Assembly (NCBI GenBank): GCA_030390025.1
Contig: CM059432.1
Coordinates: 97,776,001 to 97,840,000 of the forward strand
Origin: Squalus acanthias
Lineage: Eukaryota
Direction: 5' to 3'
Length of the DNA stretch: 64,000 nt
Part shown: one piece after another, positions 12,651-26,199 of the stretch
Position numbering within the stretch: the stretch's first letter is position 1
How the letters are laid out: the number at the start of each line of letters is the position of its first letter
Position numbers and translations under genes: made by a program
Notes under the pieces: model-generated
Told to the model about the DNA's origin: nothing
Database searches by the model: none
The model's input: only the letters and a program-made list of their open reading frames with translations

Positions 12651-13427
12651 ATTAGTGAACCAGTTGTGTTTTTAACTACAGATGCATTTATGGTAATTTT
12701 GCTGGTACCAATCTATAAATTACCAGATTTATTGAATTCACTTTCACAACTTGCCAAGTAGAATTTGAACATACAACCTCTGGTTTGCTAGCCCAATAAC
12801 ATAAAGACTAGGCTACCAAACCTGCATAGACTGGTAGACTGGATTAAATACTAGAGTATGATTTAAATCTACAACTTTCTAACTCAAAGACAAGAGTACT
12901 ATTACCTGATCCAAGGTGGCTTGAACTAAAAAGATTCAAACCAAATTAAACATCCAGACCATGTCTGGTTCCCTCGTTTCTACTAGTGATTTGCAATATT
13001 GCTACCCATGATGAACCCAATTACCACAAGTGTCTCAACATTATCATTTATTGATTACGTTAGTTGGCATAAATATTGCATCAAGCAGGACCCATGCTTC
13101 TTCCATTTACTGTTTTGGCAGCAGTAATAGTCTTGCTGTCATGTATTTTCTTGTTCACATGTGTAAAATAATACTTAGCACTTGGCAGCCATGCATGATT
13201 GTCCAGATTCAATTTTATTCCATAGAAGTGGACCCAAGATGCAATTAATTTTACCTATTAAATACTGCAGGGCAAAAAGCTCATTTGGTTCAGCCAAAGT
13301 TCCAAAGCGGAAGCCTGGCTTCAACACAATTAAACAATAAGGGGAAAATTGCTTCCTAAGGTCAGACACCATGGCACTATTGCAGAGTTCACTATTACAG
13401 AGACTTCCTCAGTAATAAATAGATTAT

Positions 13428-14180
13428 AGGGCCGATTTTAACCTACTCGCCCAGCAGGAACATGTGGGCGGGGTCAAGATGGCGGTGGGGTGGGGGGTGC
13501 GCGTGTTTATGTCGCTTTCCTGCCGCATTCCCACATTCCCACCATTTTTACTTGCCTGATTTCAGGCATGGAAAGGTCACCTGCCCTAGAGGAGGAGGGG
13601 CCTAATTTAAATGGTAATGTCACGTCTCTACGATGTCATGGGCCTGGCAAACGCCCACACAGTCTCCAACCCACCAGAAAAAGCAAATTCATTAAAATTG
13701 AAAGCTTTTAAGGCTCAATACCCACAAGTGACTGCCATACAAATATTACAAAACCTCCACCCAGCTTTCCCTGACAGTAGTTGAGGCTACCTTTAATTTT
13801 AACTGGAAATGGTCACCCCCCAACTTGTGCGGCCCATTGTTGGTGAAAGGGAGCGGGAATTAGCAGTAATCTGGCAAGCCAAGGTGAAAGTGGTAATCGT
13901 CTGACCATGATTAGCATAAATCCATGAGCCTTTCACCTGTCTTCGATAGGCTTTCTGGCTGCCAGAATGCAGATCACATGAAAATTCGGACGGACGCCAT
14001 AACAGTGATAAGTCAGTGTGACTACCTGCTCCGTTATTTTGGTCTCACCAGTTGGCCGGTTAAGTGTTTCTAATACTTCACCCTATTAATTTTTTGACAA
14101 TTGAGGTCCTAAAAAAGGAAGCAAGTTAATGAGAAAATTTCTAAGCACAAACGGGGCGGTAGTACACGAAAATCATCCCC
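13428..14180. mobile_element. Degenerate Harbinger-type MITE
   Basis: Ends agggccgatttt / aaaatcatcccc, GC-rich subterminal blocks, no clear TSD. Confidence 0.55.
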
Positions 14181-14919
14181 ACTGTGCATGTGAGTTGTGA
14201 AAGAAAGGTGGGAGAGATTTGCAGCTGAAAATACTGTTCTCGAGGCTGATTATAGTCAGTTCATTTTTCTAGCTTACTTAGCAGAATATAAATTCATCTA
14301 ACCCCTGGCAAGAGAAATCTTCCTAAGCGAAACTTATTTAGTCGCATCCTTTTCTTATCACTTTTAATTACTCAGTTGCAATTATCATTGGCTAGTCTTG
14401 GTCGTGCAATGTGCGGAAGTTCTCTTAAGATCAATTCTGGTTTATCAGGGGAAAGAAAAACTTTTAAGCAGAATTTGGTCTTGAGATATATCAGGGTTGC
14501 TCACTAAAAAAAAGTCCACCCACTTTTGGCATCAGAAGTGACAGGAGCTTTATAAATGTTCTTCTGGAGAACACTTGTAACACATGCCAGAGACGTCAAA
14601 GACTGGAGCTTCCTCTCGATAGGCAACAACAGCTTTTTGGCAGTAAATCATAAATAAATCTTCTGATTTAGTACTGAAGTGCAAATTCAATATTTTATGT
14701 TTTTGCTCGGGCAATAACACTGCTGGCAGGAAGTTAAGTCTTCCAATTAAATAGAAGATAAAAGTATACAAACCTAAAATGAAATTAGTAAATTCCTCAG
14801 CTTTTGACAATCAGAAGTGAACATTTAATCAGACAGATATTGCTTCATCTTTAAGGAGCAAAAATCACAGGACCAGGTTTAGGCAGATGGTGCTGAGTGC
14901 TTTGATCAGGTAACTATTA

Positions 14920-15060
14920 CAGAACATAAGAACGTAAGAACACAAGAAATAGGAGCAGGAGTAGGCCATTTGATCCTTTGAGCCTGCTCTGCCATTCAAT
15001 AAGACCGTGGCTCATCTTCTACCTCAACCCCACCTTCCCGCACTATCCCCGTATCCCTTG
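14920..15060 (-). mobile_element. CR1 3' UTR fragment
   Basis: agaacataagaacgtaagaacacaagaaataggagcaggagtaggcc matches 920..1050. Confidence 0.85.
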
Positions 15061-16261
15061 AAGAGGGTTCACATTTTCAGGGTATCGTACTGTTTGTGCT
15101 GAAATTACCAACAAAGTTTATTCAATGTCTGAAATGAAGAAGGATATTGAGGTCTGTTGTTAGCATATAATATATGTGCAGCACAGGTATGTAAATCTTC
15201 AGACCTTCCTTGAGGCTTCAGACATCTCAGCTGTAGAGATTATTGGGACAGCTTTTGTGACTGAAGTCCTACTCCATTAGAAGCTTCATCCTCCAGGTAT
15301 CTCCATCTGCACTTTAACTAGTGATTTGAGGTACTTTTGCTTTTATCACTGCAGCATTTCAGTGAGTAGAAATTGGTTGGCATATGGAAAACAACCAATC
15401 TTAAGCGTGCTTCAGTTTTATCAGTGCTGATTGTGTGGAACATTTTTAGACATAGTCCTTTCCTTCTTAAGTCTCAAATCAGTATATCCATGAACACTTC
15501 CTTCTTCCGTGTTTTCTTCTTTTATGCCCCCCTAGCCTGAAGGCACTTGCTGCCATGTTTACCTATATAACAATCACTGCACTTCAAAGTAATTCATCGC
15601 ACGCAGAGCACTTCAAACATTTCTGACAGACATGATAGGAGGATATTTATAAGCAAGTATTTCTTTCTGTCCTGAAACCACTGCCTTATGCTGTGGTTGA
15701 ATGAATTCCAGCAGCCTCAGGTATCTCATCAAAGTAGCCGTTCTTTATCCGTAAGCCTAGACAGCGAATGCCAGAAGGCCACTGGATGAACAACTTCCTT
15801 TTTGTAATTTTTCTGGTGCCCAAAATAACATTTCCTCCATTTGACAGAAGTACCGAAATTATGTCCTTGAATTTAGTAGAGAAGGAACAATGTCATCTGA
15901 TTTGATATAATTGATTGGTATCTCAACCAATCAACAGCAACGTTCAGAAATATCAGTACACTATCGACAGCGAAACAGCTGAATATATATATTATTCTCT
16001 GAAATATAGGCATTTCTCAGACCTGATAAAGCCTGTGTCCTCTTGCTTTTTAATGTCTCCTGGCTGAATGAGTATCTCCTAATATTTTCTTCTCTATTAT
16101 ATTGTCCATGTCATTTTTTAAAGCAATGAGATTGATGTAGAAAAATGTCATGAATCACTTGAGGGTACTTATCATAATATAAATTATTTTTCTTTTTATG
16201 AGTTTTTTGTAAACCTTCATGCTTAGTGTCTATGGTGGGGAATGAAAAACTGTCATTGAAA

Positions 16262-16627
16262 ACATCAAGCACTTACAGATCAGGTTTAGCATGGTGTAGC
16301 ACGGTTAAGTGCACATTAAACTCTTTCTACTCTGCCCCTATATTGTACCTTAGCTCCAACCTGAGAAAGCTACCCCTACTTCAGTAGTGAGCCATTTCTC
16401 ATCTCCCACACCAGCCCTCTCTCGCTGAGAATGGCAATTTAATGCGGATAGTGCTGACATTTTGCGCTGTGGTTCCATGGAAGCCAACTCGGAACTGGTT
16501 TGATACCCAAGCTGATTTCAAATAAGACTCTTACAGCCAGCAGGCAAAGGGAGATTTGCACTGGATTCAAACCCAGGTGTTAGAGGTAAAAAGGTCAGTG
16601 TCTAACCCATTCACCACCTAGTCCTCC
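16262..16627 (-). mobile_element. Old tRNA-derived SINE
   Basis: Minus-strand head ggtggtgaatgggttagacactgacc...cctgggtttgaatccag has A/B-box-like motifs. The body is degenerate. Confidence 0.5.
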
Positions 16628-17239
16628 TGGAGATATTGGGGCTGCAGTTCTGGTGGGACCGCTCTGCTGGCGGAGTGGAACACACAATCATCCAAAAAGC
16701 AGGCTGCATCCAAAGTGTGGGGACAGGATCATTAGCACGTCCAGGGTGGGCGGCCCACACCTAAAAGGGCGCATGAAAGACAACCGCTCCAACCCACCTT
16801 AATTGGAATGCTACTCAGCTGCTCCACTAGTTTGCCCTGAGGTCCTATCCAGGCTGAAGTCAAAACTGCAGTAAAGGATCTTTGGGCTAGAAAGTCATGG
16901 CCGCCACGAGAGTTGCTGGTGTCACCGCGACTTCGGGTTAACAGCCACTGAAAATGGTCGCAGCGATAGAAGAGAAAAATTGCGCTGGGGACTAAAGATT
17001 TTTGGCCCCGTGCTAACTCACCGTGTAAAGCCCTCCTGGTGGTGATAGTGCAGGCATCGGTAGCGAAGTTGGCATCAGAAGCGGTGTTCCATCTTCCAAC
17101 AGCCTCTGGAAGCAAGGAAATGAGTTCGCTAGGCTTTGTGGGACATTAAAAGGGCAATGCCTTCGGAACTGATAAAAATAAAAATGAAGTAAAAAAAAAT
17201 GCAATTTTCAGCCCTTACTGCCTTTTAAAAAAAAATTAA

Positions 17240-18390
17240 AGTCCCAAATGGGAATCTTCAGCTCGTAAAACTGAATTCCCTTCAGCACCTCAAAATGGGA
17301 TAAGTGCTTCAGCACCAACACAAATGGCTCAGCAAGCCAGGCAAGGGGCACCCATGGTCTTACACGCAGCACTCCAGCTTTGTGCAGGGGGTCAACACTG
17401 AAAGAGAGGCCCTCTACCCACAGGGCCCAGGAGGCCCTCCAAAAAGAAGGATGTGCGACTACATCACCGAGGCCGTCACTGCCAGCAGTGTCGCCCCCCC
17501 CCATCACCTGGCTCCCGTGCCCAAAGAAGCTTCATGACCTCAGACCAGTGGTTAAGGTCACTGAATGCATCTTCAAAAGCCGTCTCCTACCAACTGAATC
17601 ACTAGCCTCACACACTGCTCATTGCACGACTCTTCCCCCCCCAATCACTCACCTAGCAGCAATCACGAGGCACACCTGCCATTACTAACCACACCTCACC
17701 CCCTTGGAGGAGATGGGGGCTGGCCATTCTTGGCAGGGGCATGACTGAGCCATTGGCCAGTGGCGGGGCAGAAAGGATACAAGATGCTAGTATCCTCATA
17801 CATTATCCTCCTCCTGGCACGCACCTCTTGTTTTCCCGCCTTCCCCTCACCACAACTCCGCCCTTGTGCCTTCATCATTTCACATACCCAAGAAATGCCC
17901 AGCCAGTGGTTGACCAAGAAGAAGGAGAGGAGAGTGAAGAAGAAGATGAAGAAGAAGAAGAAACACCGTCATTCAATTTCATACTCACAGCCACCACGTA
18001 TATACGGAGGATTGGAAGATTATGGCCTGTACCTCTGCGATTTACCGTTCTGTGAGCACCTCCTTCGGAAAGTGCAGATGCATCACACAGTGCTCCTAGC
18101 TCAGGCTGAGATAATAGAATTACTCTCGGAAGATCCTAGGTGGGTAAGGCCTCCTGCTGAGAGCCCTTATCCCCCTCCTCCCCCTCCCTCTGTGAGCAGC
18201 TTGTCCTCTTTGCTGCCTCTGCTCCATCTCCCTGTCATGCTGCAGGCCAAGGGGAATGACAATTAGAGCACCCATGACTGGGAGCAAGTGATCTGACCAG
18301 AACCCTTGGGGTCAGAAGCAAGGCCTTCTCCACTTGCAGCACCACTCCCTGTCACCTCACCAACTTTAGCAACTCTGGAAAATGTTAAAC
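17240..18390. mobile_element. Internally deleted Harbinger: Myb gene 5' part on + joined to transposase 5' part on -
   Basis: 17330..17995 matches Myb exons (AEPLASGGAERIQDA). 18010..18390 is the reverse complement of 53100..53480. Confidence 0.75.
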
Positions 18391-18394
18391 AACT

Positions 18395-18720
18395 CTGGAA
18401 AGCTCGAAGCAGTTCCACAAACTGCCCCATTTCCAACCTCCCTTTATGCTCCAAAGTCCTTGAACGCATAGTCGCCTCCCAAATTTATGCCCATCTTCCT
18501 GCAGCTCCATGGTTAAACCTCTCCAATCAGGTTTCTGCCCCTGCCACAGCTCTGAGACAGCCCTAAGCATAGTGACACATGACATCCTATGACAGTGATC
18601 ATGGTGAACAATCCCTGCTCATCCTTCTCAACCTCCCTGCGGCCATTGAAATAGTTAACCATGCCATCCTCCTTCAACATTGTCCACCTCAGTGGGTCTG
18701 CTCTTAGCTTTCCACTTTTA
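18395..18720 (+). mobile_element. L2 LINE RT fragment
   Basis: PISNLPLCSKVLERIVASQI is the L2-type RT N-terminal motif, followed by degenerate QSGFR/HSTETAL-like sequence. Confidence 0.7.
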
Positions 18721-19444
18721 GCTATTAATCGTACACAGAGCATCTTCAGCAGTGGATTCCGCCCCCCTCACCTGAGATCTGGGATGGATTCAGCAGCAGA
18801 TCAAAGCAGCGGGGGGAAGTTCCACACCACCGCATTTCTGCAGGTGAAATGGTGCCAGAGAATTTCTGTCCTACAGAGGACCTGTTGTGGAAAATGGGGG
18901 AAAAAATATGCTAGTGCACTAAAGGATGATGTACAATGTTACAGTTCTGACAGATCATTGGTAGAGTAGAGGAAAATTTATTTTGGTTTGGGTCTTGCTA
19001 TATATAACATGGATGTTTTGATGCTAAACCCAGGTTCAAAAACTTTAGAATTGAAGTCCCTTACTCTAATGGGCAAAAAAATCATGTAAATCTAAATTCA
19101 GCATTCCATCGACATGGTCTGCGTAAAGATACAAAGAAATTGTATCCAACAATCTGTAAGTCAATGACACTGTGTCATTTGCTCATAATTATAGTTTTTT
19201 AATGCTGCCATGTACTAAACACACTATTCTTACCTGTACTAGTGGGTGTAAAATTGCCATGGCATGGAAATGCCATTACTCATTAGAAGAATATTCTTTG
19301 ATCATGAATAGCTATTTGACAAATTACAGGGTTAATTTTCTCCACTTGCAAAAATCAGAAAGATAAAGATATTTCATACATGCTAATAACTGAAACAATA
19401 AGCAGCAACAGCACAACATTTAAAGAGACAGTCAAGAAGACCAT

Positions 19445-21525
19445 CAGGCTTCGGACTGCACCATCTTGGCATGGGCAGCAGCAGTCTGAGCTGGCTGGCT
19501 GACAGGCAACATCAAGGGCACTAGCGGAGTGGCAGTGGTGGGAGGACGAATGCTGTCATCCTGAGAGAAGACAGCAGGGTTATCCTCCACGGATCCATTG
19601 CCACTCCCCCGGGGCCTCAGAAATCCTTGTCATCTGCTGGTGTACGGGCTCCTTGACTGCTGTGACACCCTGCAAGCCCCTTTCAACACTGTTAAACCCA
19701 GCCATGATGGTAGCAGTCTGTGCTTGCATGACTTCAGTCTGAGCTTTCATTGCAGCACTCAAATGTTAGGTGGCTTGTGTTTGTGTTGCAATATAAGCTA
19801 AAACTTCAGCCATCAGACGCGGCATGATGTTTGGGTCCACAAGTGCGTTGATGAATCTGCCCAACCCTTCCACACTGGAAAGGATGGGCACCAAGCTCTG
19901 CACAAAGCCCTTTGCAAGGCTGGAGCCAGACTCCTCCATGCTCCTTGAAAGTGACGACAGGCTCACTGACAGCCCTGCCAATGCACCACGCATTTCATTG
20001 TGCATACCAATTAATGTTCTTCTCTAGGCTGCTCCAACGAGGTCTTCATCTGAGTTCTGTACAGCAGAACTCATGTGCAAACCTCGCTTTCCAGGGAACT
20101 GGCACCTAAGCTACCCTTTTCCCCTGCCCTGGCTGCAGGCCACTCATGCCCAGTGTCTCACCATGTGCAGATCCCGCATCTAACCTATCCTCCAAAGTAC
20201 GCGGAGTGTCAGTATCTGAGCTGGTGGCTGGGAGTGTGAAATCGATTGACGGTCTCCGTCTCCTCCTCCTCCTCCATTTCCTCCTCCTCCGTCTCCTCCT
20301 CCTTCTTCTTCTTCTTCACTCTCCTCTCCCTCTTCTTGTTGAACTACTGGCTGGGCAGGCTGGATTTCTTGGATGTCTGAAATGAGAAATGCACTAGGGT
20401 TGTGATGAGGAGAGCGGGGGAAATCAAGAGCTGCAATCTTACACCATGTGCAGATTTTAAATCAGAAAAGATTGTGGGATGAGGGGGAAGTGGGATATGA
20501 GAAGAAGGATAATGTATGAGGATACTGGCATCTTGTATTCTTTCAGCCCCGCCGCTGGCCACAGGCTCAGCCATGCCCCTGCCAAGAATGACCAGCACCA
20601 TCTACTCCAAGGAGGTCATGTGATGCAGGTGAGCCTGTCCCCTGTCGGTTAATGTCTGCTGGTGCCGTTTATGCACCACCTTTTCCTGCAAGAGAGAGGG
20701 AAGTTTGTCAGTCAGTGTGGTGTAATGTGTTTGGGTGATGTGCCTGTCATGATTCAATAGCTGACAATGTGTTGAAGCTGTGAGATGTGGGTGTGAGGCT
20801 TGCAGCAGTGGCAAGTGTGTGCGGGTGATTTGAAGCTATGAATGTGAGGTGTGAGTCATGTTTGGTAGAGACTGTTGGTAGGTGAGCTATGGGAGTGTGG
20901 TGTATTGAGCAGTGTGTGAGGTTAGTGGTGCAGATGCTGGGATATGGCATTTGAAGATGAATTCACTGACTTTGACCACTCATGTGATGTCATTAAACTT
21001 CTTCCTGCACTGAGTCCAGGTCTTCGCGGCTATACTACTGGCATTGACCACATCGGCTATCTGCTAACACTGCAGTCTTGACTGTTGCCTGGAGGGCCTC
21101 CTGGCCCCCTGTGGGAAGAGGACCTCTCTCCTGGAGTTGACCTCCTGGATCAAAGCCTCCAGTGCTGCATTTGAGAATCTTAGAGCCCTTTCTCTGGCCT
21201 GTTGATCCATTACACAGTCTTCTGGTTTATAACACTTGCCTCCACAAGCAGTTGCAGGCAGAAGGCTCCTCCACTTTAAGAGGTGCAGACTGCCTTTAAG
21301 TAGTGCAGACTAGCTTTAATTGGATCTAGCCTCACACGAACTTGGGCCCCCTGCTGTGTGTTCAGCCACTGAGCAGCACTTTCAGCACTCAGCTGAATGC
21401 TACAATCATGAAGATTAGTAGGCAGGATGAACTTTATGTGCTGCTTGCAGTCTTCCGAACTGGTGCAGGTTGCTAGCGCATTGCGATCCCCGTGCCTGTT
21501 TTCGGGGATACTGAATCTCTAGGCC
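19445..21525 (-). mobile_element. Harbinger remnant with three-exon Myb/SANT gene and one TIR
   Basis: Collinear with 54193..56205 (QEKVVHKRHQQTLT, GRGMAEPVASGGAERIQDA). Ends aatctctaggcc. Confidence 0.85.
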
Positions 21526-21559
21526 TAAAAGTTTTACTGGGGACAAGAGCTTCAAAGGT

Positions 21560-22160
21560 GTAGGTGAAGGGATGGTTGAGCAGATCGACAGCTGCAGGAG
21601 TATTGTGGCAAATGGAAGGCCACAGGCTAGGCATTTGGGAATTTGAAAGTGTAATTGTTAATGGCTTGGGGGTGAGGTTTTTTTTCAGAGGAGGACACAG
21701 AAGGAAGAGAAGGGGGGTGGGGGATGTGGCTGGTTAAGGATACAGGGAAGTGGTTGGAGAGGACCATGTATGTGATCTAGACCATGGTAGTAGAGAGGCC
21801 CTGTGATATGGCAAGCTCAAGGGGGTGACCGTGAATATGGGTAGGAGAGTTTAAATGGAGAGAGACATTTTGGGAGGGCTTGAGTGCAGTGAAATCAGTG
21901 GAGAGAGGGTATGGCGAGTTGAGATGGAGATTGAAGTCACTGAGAATGAGGAATCGTTCTGTGCAGAAGCTGGGGGAGGAAAGGAAGGAGAATATCTCAG
22001 GGAAAAGCTCAGGATGGGGCTGGTAGATGGTGGAGATTTTAAAGGAGGAGCAATAGTGGTGCAACAAGATGAAGTGCTCGAAGATGACTCGGTGCCAAGG
22101 GAGTAAAGGGAGAGAATAAGGTATGATTTGGTGCTAAGGGCCACACTGCCACCACAATCA
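21560..22160 (-). mobile_element. L2 LINE endonuclease fragment
   Basis: ORF 21777..22067 contains FLILSDFNLHLN...NSPTHIHGHPLELAISQGLS. Confidence 0.75.
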
Positions 22161-24875
22161 AGATTAATTGCAATAAAAAAATAAAAAGTTAACATACTTT
22201 TAGGGAGCTATATTTATATTTTATAAGTGCATTCTGTAATGGTAGGTATTTTTTGTCCTATTTTATTCAGTTGCAAAGTGACATTTGTGCCAGCATGTAT
22301 GTATATTAATGAGGCCACTTCTGCTGCACTTTCATATTAGCTTTGCAGAATTCCCTATGGAAATAAGGGAAAAAATGGCCTCAAACAGTACAGCACAAAG
22401 GAAAAGGTTACTTGTTCTGCATGTTGATAAAGTGTAAGCCACAAAGGAATTTGTGACTCACCAAGTTCAAAAGAAGTACTTTTTCAACAAAAATAATAAA
22501 GTGAAATGTCACATAGCTTAGTTACTGTGAATACTTCACTGCTCTGTGGAGCATCGCATGGTACAACGATCATTATATTTTGATCAGCTGGATGTCTGAC
22601 ACACGTGGAAATCCATCACTATGTTCAAGAGTCTCTAAACCAAACTACTGAGAAATCTATATATTAATATGTTGTTTGCCTAATATGGAGTGCACACTTT
22701 CTTCCAATGGAGAAACACCCACTTCCCTCAGTCCAGAAAGCTTAGATGCAGGTTGGCAGATGCAACACTTAAGAGCCTGCCAAAAGTGCATGGGAGGGCT
22801 GGGGGTGACTGCGAAGAATTCGAGCAGCTAAAACCTCACAGCTTGTCAATACGGAGTACTGGTAACTTTCTGTTGCTTGTCTATCTCCTTACCCATTACA
22901 ACATTGGCTTACTGAAGCTACGTGAGAAGAATCTAGAGCCCCAATGATGGATTTAGGTGAGTCAGAGAGTTGAGTCAGGCTAGCAACAGTACTCTGGATT
23001 CTGGAGTACAACAGGCCTACCAGCTTCAGGTGCCTCAGAGAGTTGACTTCATTCTGAACTTCATTATCAGATAGGTAATCTTAGAGCTCTCTCTATCCCA
23101 AAGAGGGAAAGCTTACCTTCACACCACTGCCAGCCCCACCCCCCTCCCCACCACCCCCCCACGCCCCCCCACAACCACACCCCCGTGCCCCCCCCCCCCC
23201 CGCCGCCACCAATGGAAAATAGTTAAATGGAGAGAGGGGGTGGTTAACCTTAAGAAAATGAAAATACTACTGTTGAATTGTATACATAGGCTCCAATTCC
23301 AGTTTTGTGGTGCAACACAAACAAATTTCTCATGGTACCAGCATGTAGGTTTGTATAAGAAACGTATTAACTCCACAATAGGTAAAGGAAAAATATTTTC
23401 CTCCTTCACACAAAAACACATACGCACTTTTGGGTTCAAAAATATGTGCTCAAACACCACTAACATAATAATTTATTACATATGGACATTGCTATTTCAT
23501 CGTAGCTAAATATGAACAAGCACAACATCAGAAGTCAAATTCCAGTCTGCAACAAGTGCTCTAATTCTATTTGCAAATACTTTGCTGCATTTTATACCAT
23601 TGTTTTTCCCTGTAGTCTGTAGACTATTTGTCCCTGAACAAAATATAGGAGGACGATTTTCCTCTGTTTCACGCTGGAAGTGTACCTAAATTACAGACAG
23701 GATGTGGAGGAAAAATGGGAGGCAATGTGTTACGCCGGGTCTGTACTCCAATTACATTCTGCCCAGAATACCTCTGCCCTTTTGTGCACACTGACTGTGA
23801 CCCCTTCTAGTGCAATGGATCACATTCAACTAATATTTAAGTTGACATCAAGTGACATCACTTAGGACTGCAACCAGATTTCCAACTCTTATACTGGTTA
23901 CAAATTGAGATGCTGTCCCCGTAAACAGCTTGTATTCCTTGCTCTTGTGTTGAGTTTCTGTGGCTGGCTGATTTAAAGGGACAGTCTGAACATTTTCACG
24001 AGGTTTAATGCTTATTTTTTGCTGAAATTTCTGGAACTCTACTTTTGTTCAAAGGGTGCAATGTGGATAGAAGTCAAAGGGAGATGCTGCCTCAATCACT
24101 TTTGTAGTATTGATGCACCATTTGGAATACCTTTGGAATAGTTGGAGCGAAGAGAAGCAGGACCAGAAAGAGGCCATTCAGGAAGTGAGGCATCGGCACC
24201 TCATTTAGACAAGCTCATCTCCTATCCTGCCCAGTAAAGAGGTCAGATTCTGTCTGAGGTTCAGAATGGCCTCTGTTGTGAAGAGCTGTGCTGTAGATGA
24301 CCCTGGATATTCCACTTCTCCCAAGGCTGACTGCATGCTTTCCATGCCACCCCTGAACTCTATACACATGTAGGTTGTGGACTCCTCCATTGAGCAACAA
24401 AGATCTGGATCCCTGCCTTCATCAGCTGTAGAGGATGACTCCCTCATTCTAGTGCTCCTCTCCCACCACCTCCACCTGCTCTTGCTCAGCTATGCATCAC
24501 CATCTCTATTCCCTTCATTTGACTTTTGAAATCCCTCAGATTTGACAGCTTTGTGTTGCTTTTTGGAATAGTGAGATGCAGTAAGCGCTGTGTGAACTGC
24601 TGGATGAATGGTCTCAGGAGGGTCCTGCTTCAGAATCCTGAGTCATTTCTGCAAAGACAGAAAGAAGGCATTGTTAGAAGAGGTAGCATTAAGGAGCCCT
24701 GGGCAAGCGTATGGCATTGTGTTGTAGATGTATGTCAGCTTGTGTGATAAAGTAAATGTTATAATCAAATAATGACAACCTTCATCATGACTTTCAATGT
24801 ATCACATTAATAATGTGCTACTAGATATTTTTAGATATTTTGTTTGAATAACAGCACCAGAAGTCACAGAAAAGG

Positions 24876-26029
24876 TGAAGGGATATTTACTAGTCCTAGC
24901 CCCTTTGGGGCTATCCCGGATCAGGCATATTTCTCAGATGTTCACTTTCAACTAAAGTTTGAGATGGCCGAATCCTAAAGATGCTTAATTCGGTCTAAAG
25001 GTCTGAGCTATCTCTCCCTAAAGGAAAGGATTAACCCGGGAATGTTACCATCCCCCAGATAGCGCTTTTAATAAGTTTAGCTAGACTGTACCATCCCAGG
25101 TATAATGAGGGTCCGGAAAACTCCTTCAGAATTCTGTAACTCTTCACCAAAGAGTTTACAGAGATTGAGTTTGTGAGTTATTGATACAGAAGACTTATGT
25201 GAGATAATTCTAAAAATATATAGAGATTTATTAAAAGAACTGACATGCAATTTTCAGTTGGTGAATCAGTCAATCGCAACGTTAACAGTTCTAAAAAGAG
25301 AAAAAATACTATCTTATTATTAACAGAGAATCTTACTTTTAAATCTTAACTTCGCTGCAGTATTACAGTTCTTAAAGTTTTCTATACAGGATATCCATCA
25401 ATATCAAATACCTTTGATCCCCAAGGTACAAAGAGTTGGAGACCACAGAGCTGCCTCTGTGGTCGAGAATCACTTTGCTTGATTAAAGCGAGTCTGATAT
25501 CCCATTTGAGACTTCAATATTTATACCCTTTTTCAGTGGTATTTCCTTTAAAGTTTCTGCTGATCCAAGTTAATTATCCCTATTCATCTTTCTGCCAACC
25601 TCTGCAATTCTTACTGCTACATCAGCTTGTAATATTCCAGAATCTTGTCTCATCTCCAGGTGTTCTGGGTTGACCATATAAAATGGTGTGAAGAGCAGGC
25701 TTTCCTTATTTTATGTCATCTTTACGAGGGCAGATGTTCCTTATCTTACGTGCCATCTTTACAAAGTTTAAATTAAAACACCTTAATCCAGTATGGACCA
25801 TGTTTTGTTCCCAAAAGGTCAGCTTGTCAGAGCCATGCACCTTCTGTTTCAATAAGGTTATTTATTCAGGGTCAACAACTGTCTTATCTCAATAGCCAGA
25901 ATTCTTTCATAGCTATTTCATAGTTAGGTTTCTAAATTTCCAAACCCAGTTCATCATGTTTTAATAAGGCCAGAATTCTTTCATAAGATAGTGTATTTTT
26001 CTGAATAGGTTATATGGCTTATTCCTTCA
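24876..26029 (-). mobile_element. Putative solo LTR
   Basis: Termini TGAAGGGATA...TATTCCTTCA, flanks aaaagg/caaagg. On the minus strand TATAAATA (25525..25518) lies upstream of AATAAA (25232..25227). Direct repeat gccagaattctttcata occurs twice in the putative U3. Confidence 0.55.
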
Positions 26030-26199
26030 CAAAGGTTGCCACCGTGTAGTAATAGAAAGGACTCCAACTGCTGTTCCACTGCAGCTTTGAAGAGTTTAAG
26101 CCATCTTCAGACTTCGTACTGTAATGTGTTAGATCAGCCTGAGACCTGCAGTTGAAACCAGCCCAGACTGCTAAGTAAAAATCAGTAAGACTCTCTTTT

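Larger units (their letters stand above)
11389..12817 (-). mobile_element. Old tRNA-headed SINE sharing head, 5' UTR and tail with LINE family A; split by a MITE and another SINE
   Basis: Pieces at 12817..12651 (head, ctggttcactaat), 12212..12126 (ggttgactcttaatgcc) and 11431..11389 (ggcaataa...ccacat tail) resemble 4220..3930 and the family-A 3' end. Confidence 0.6.
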
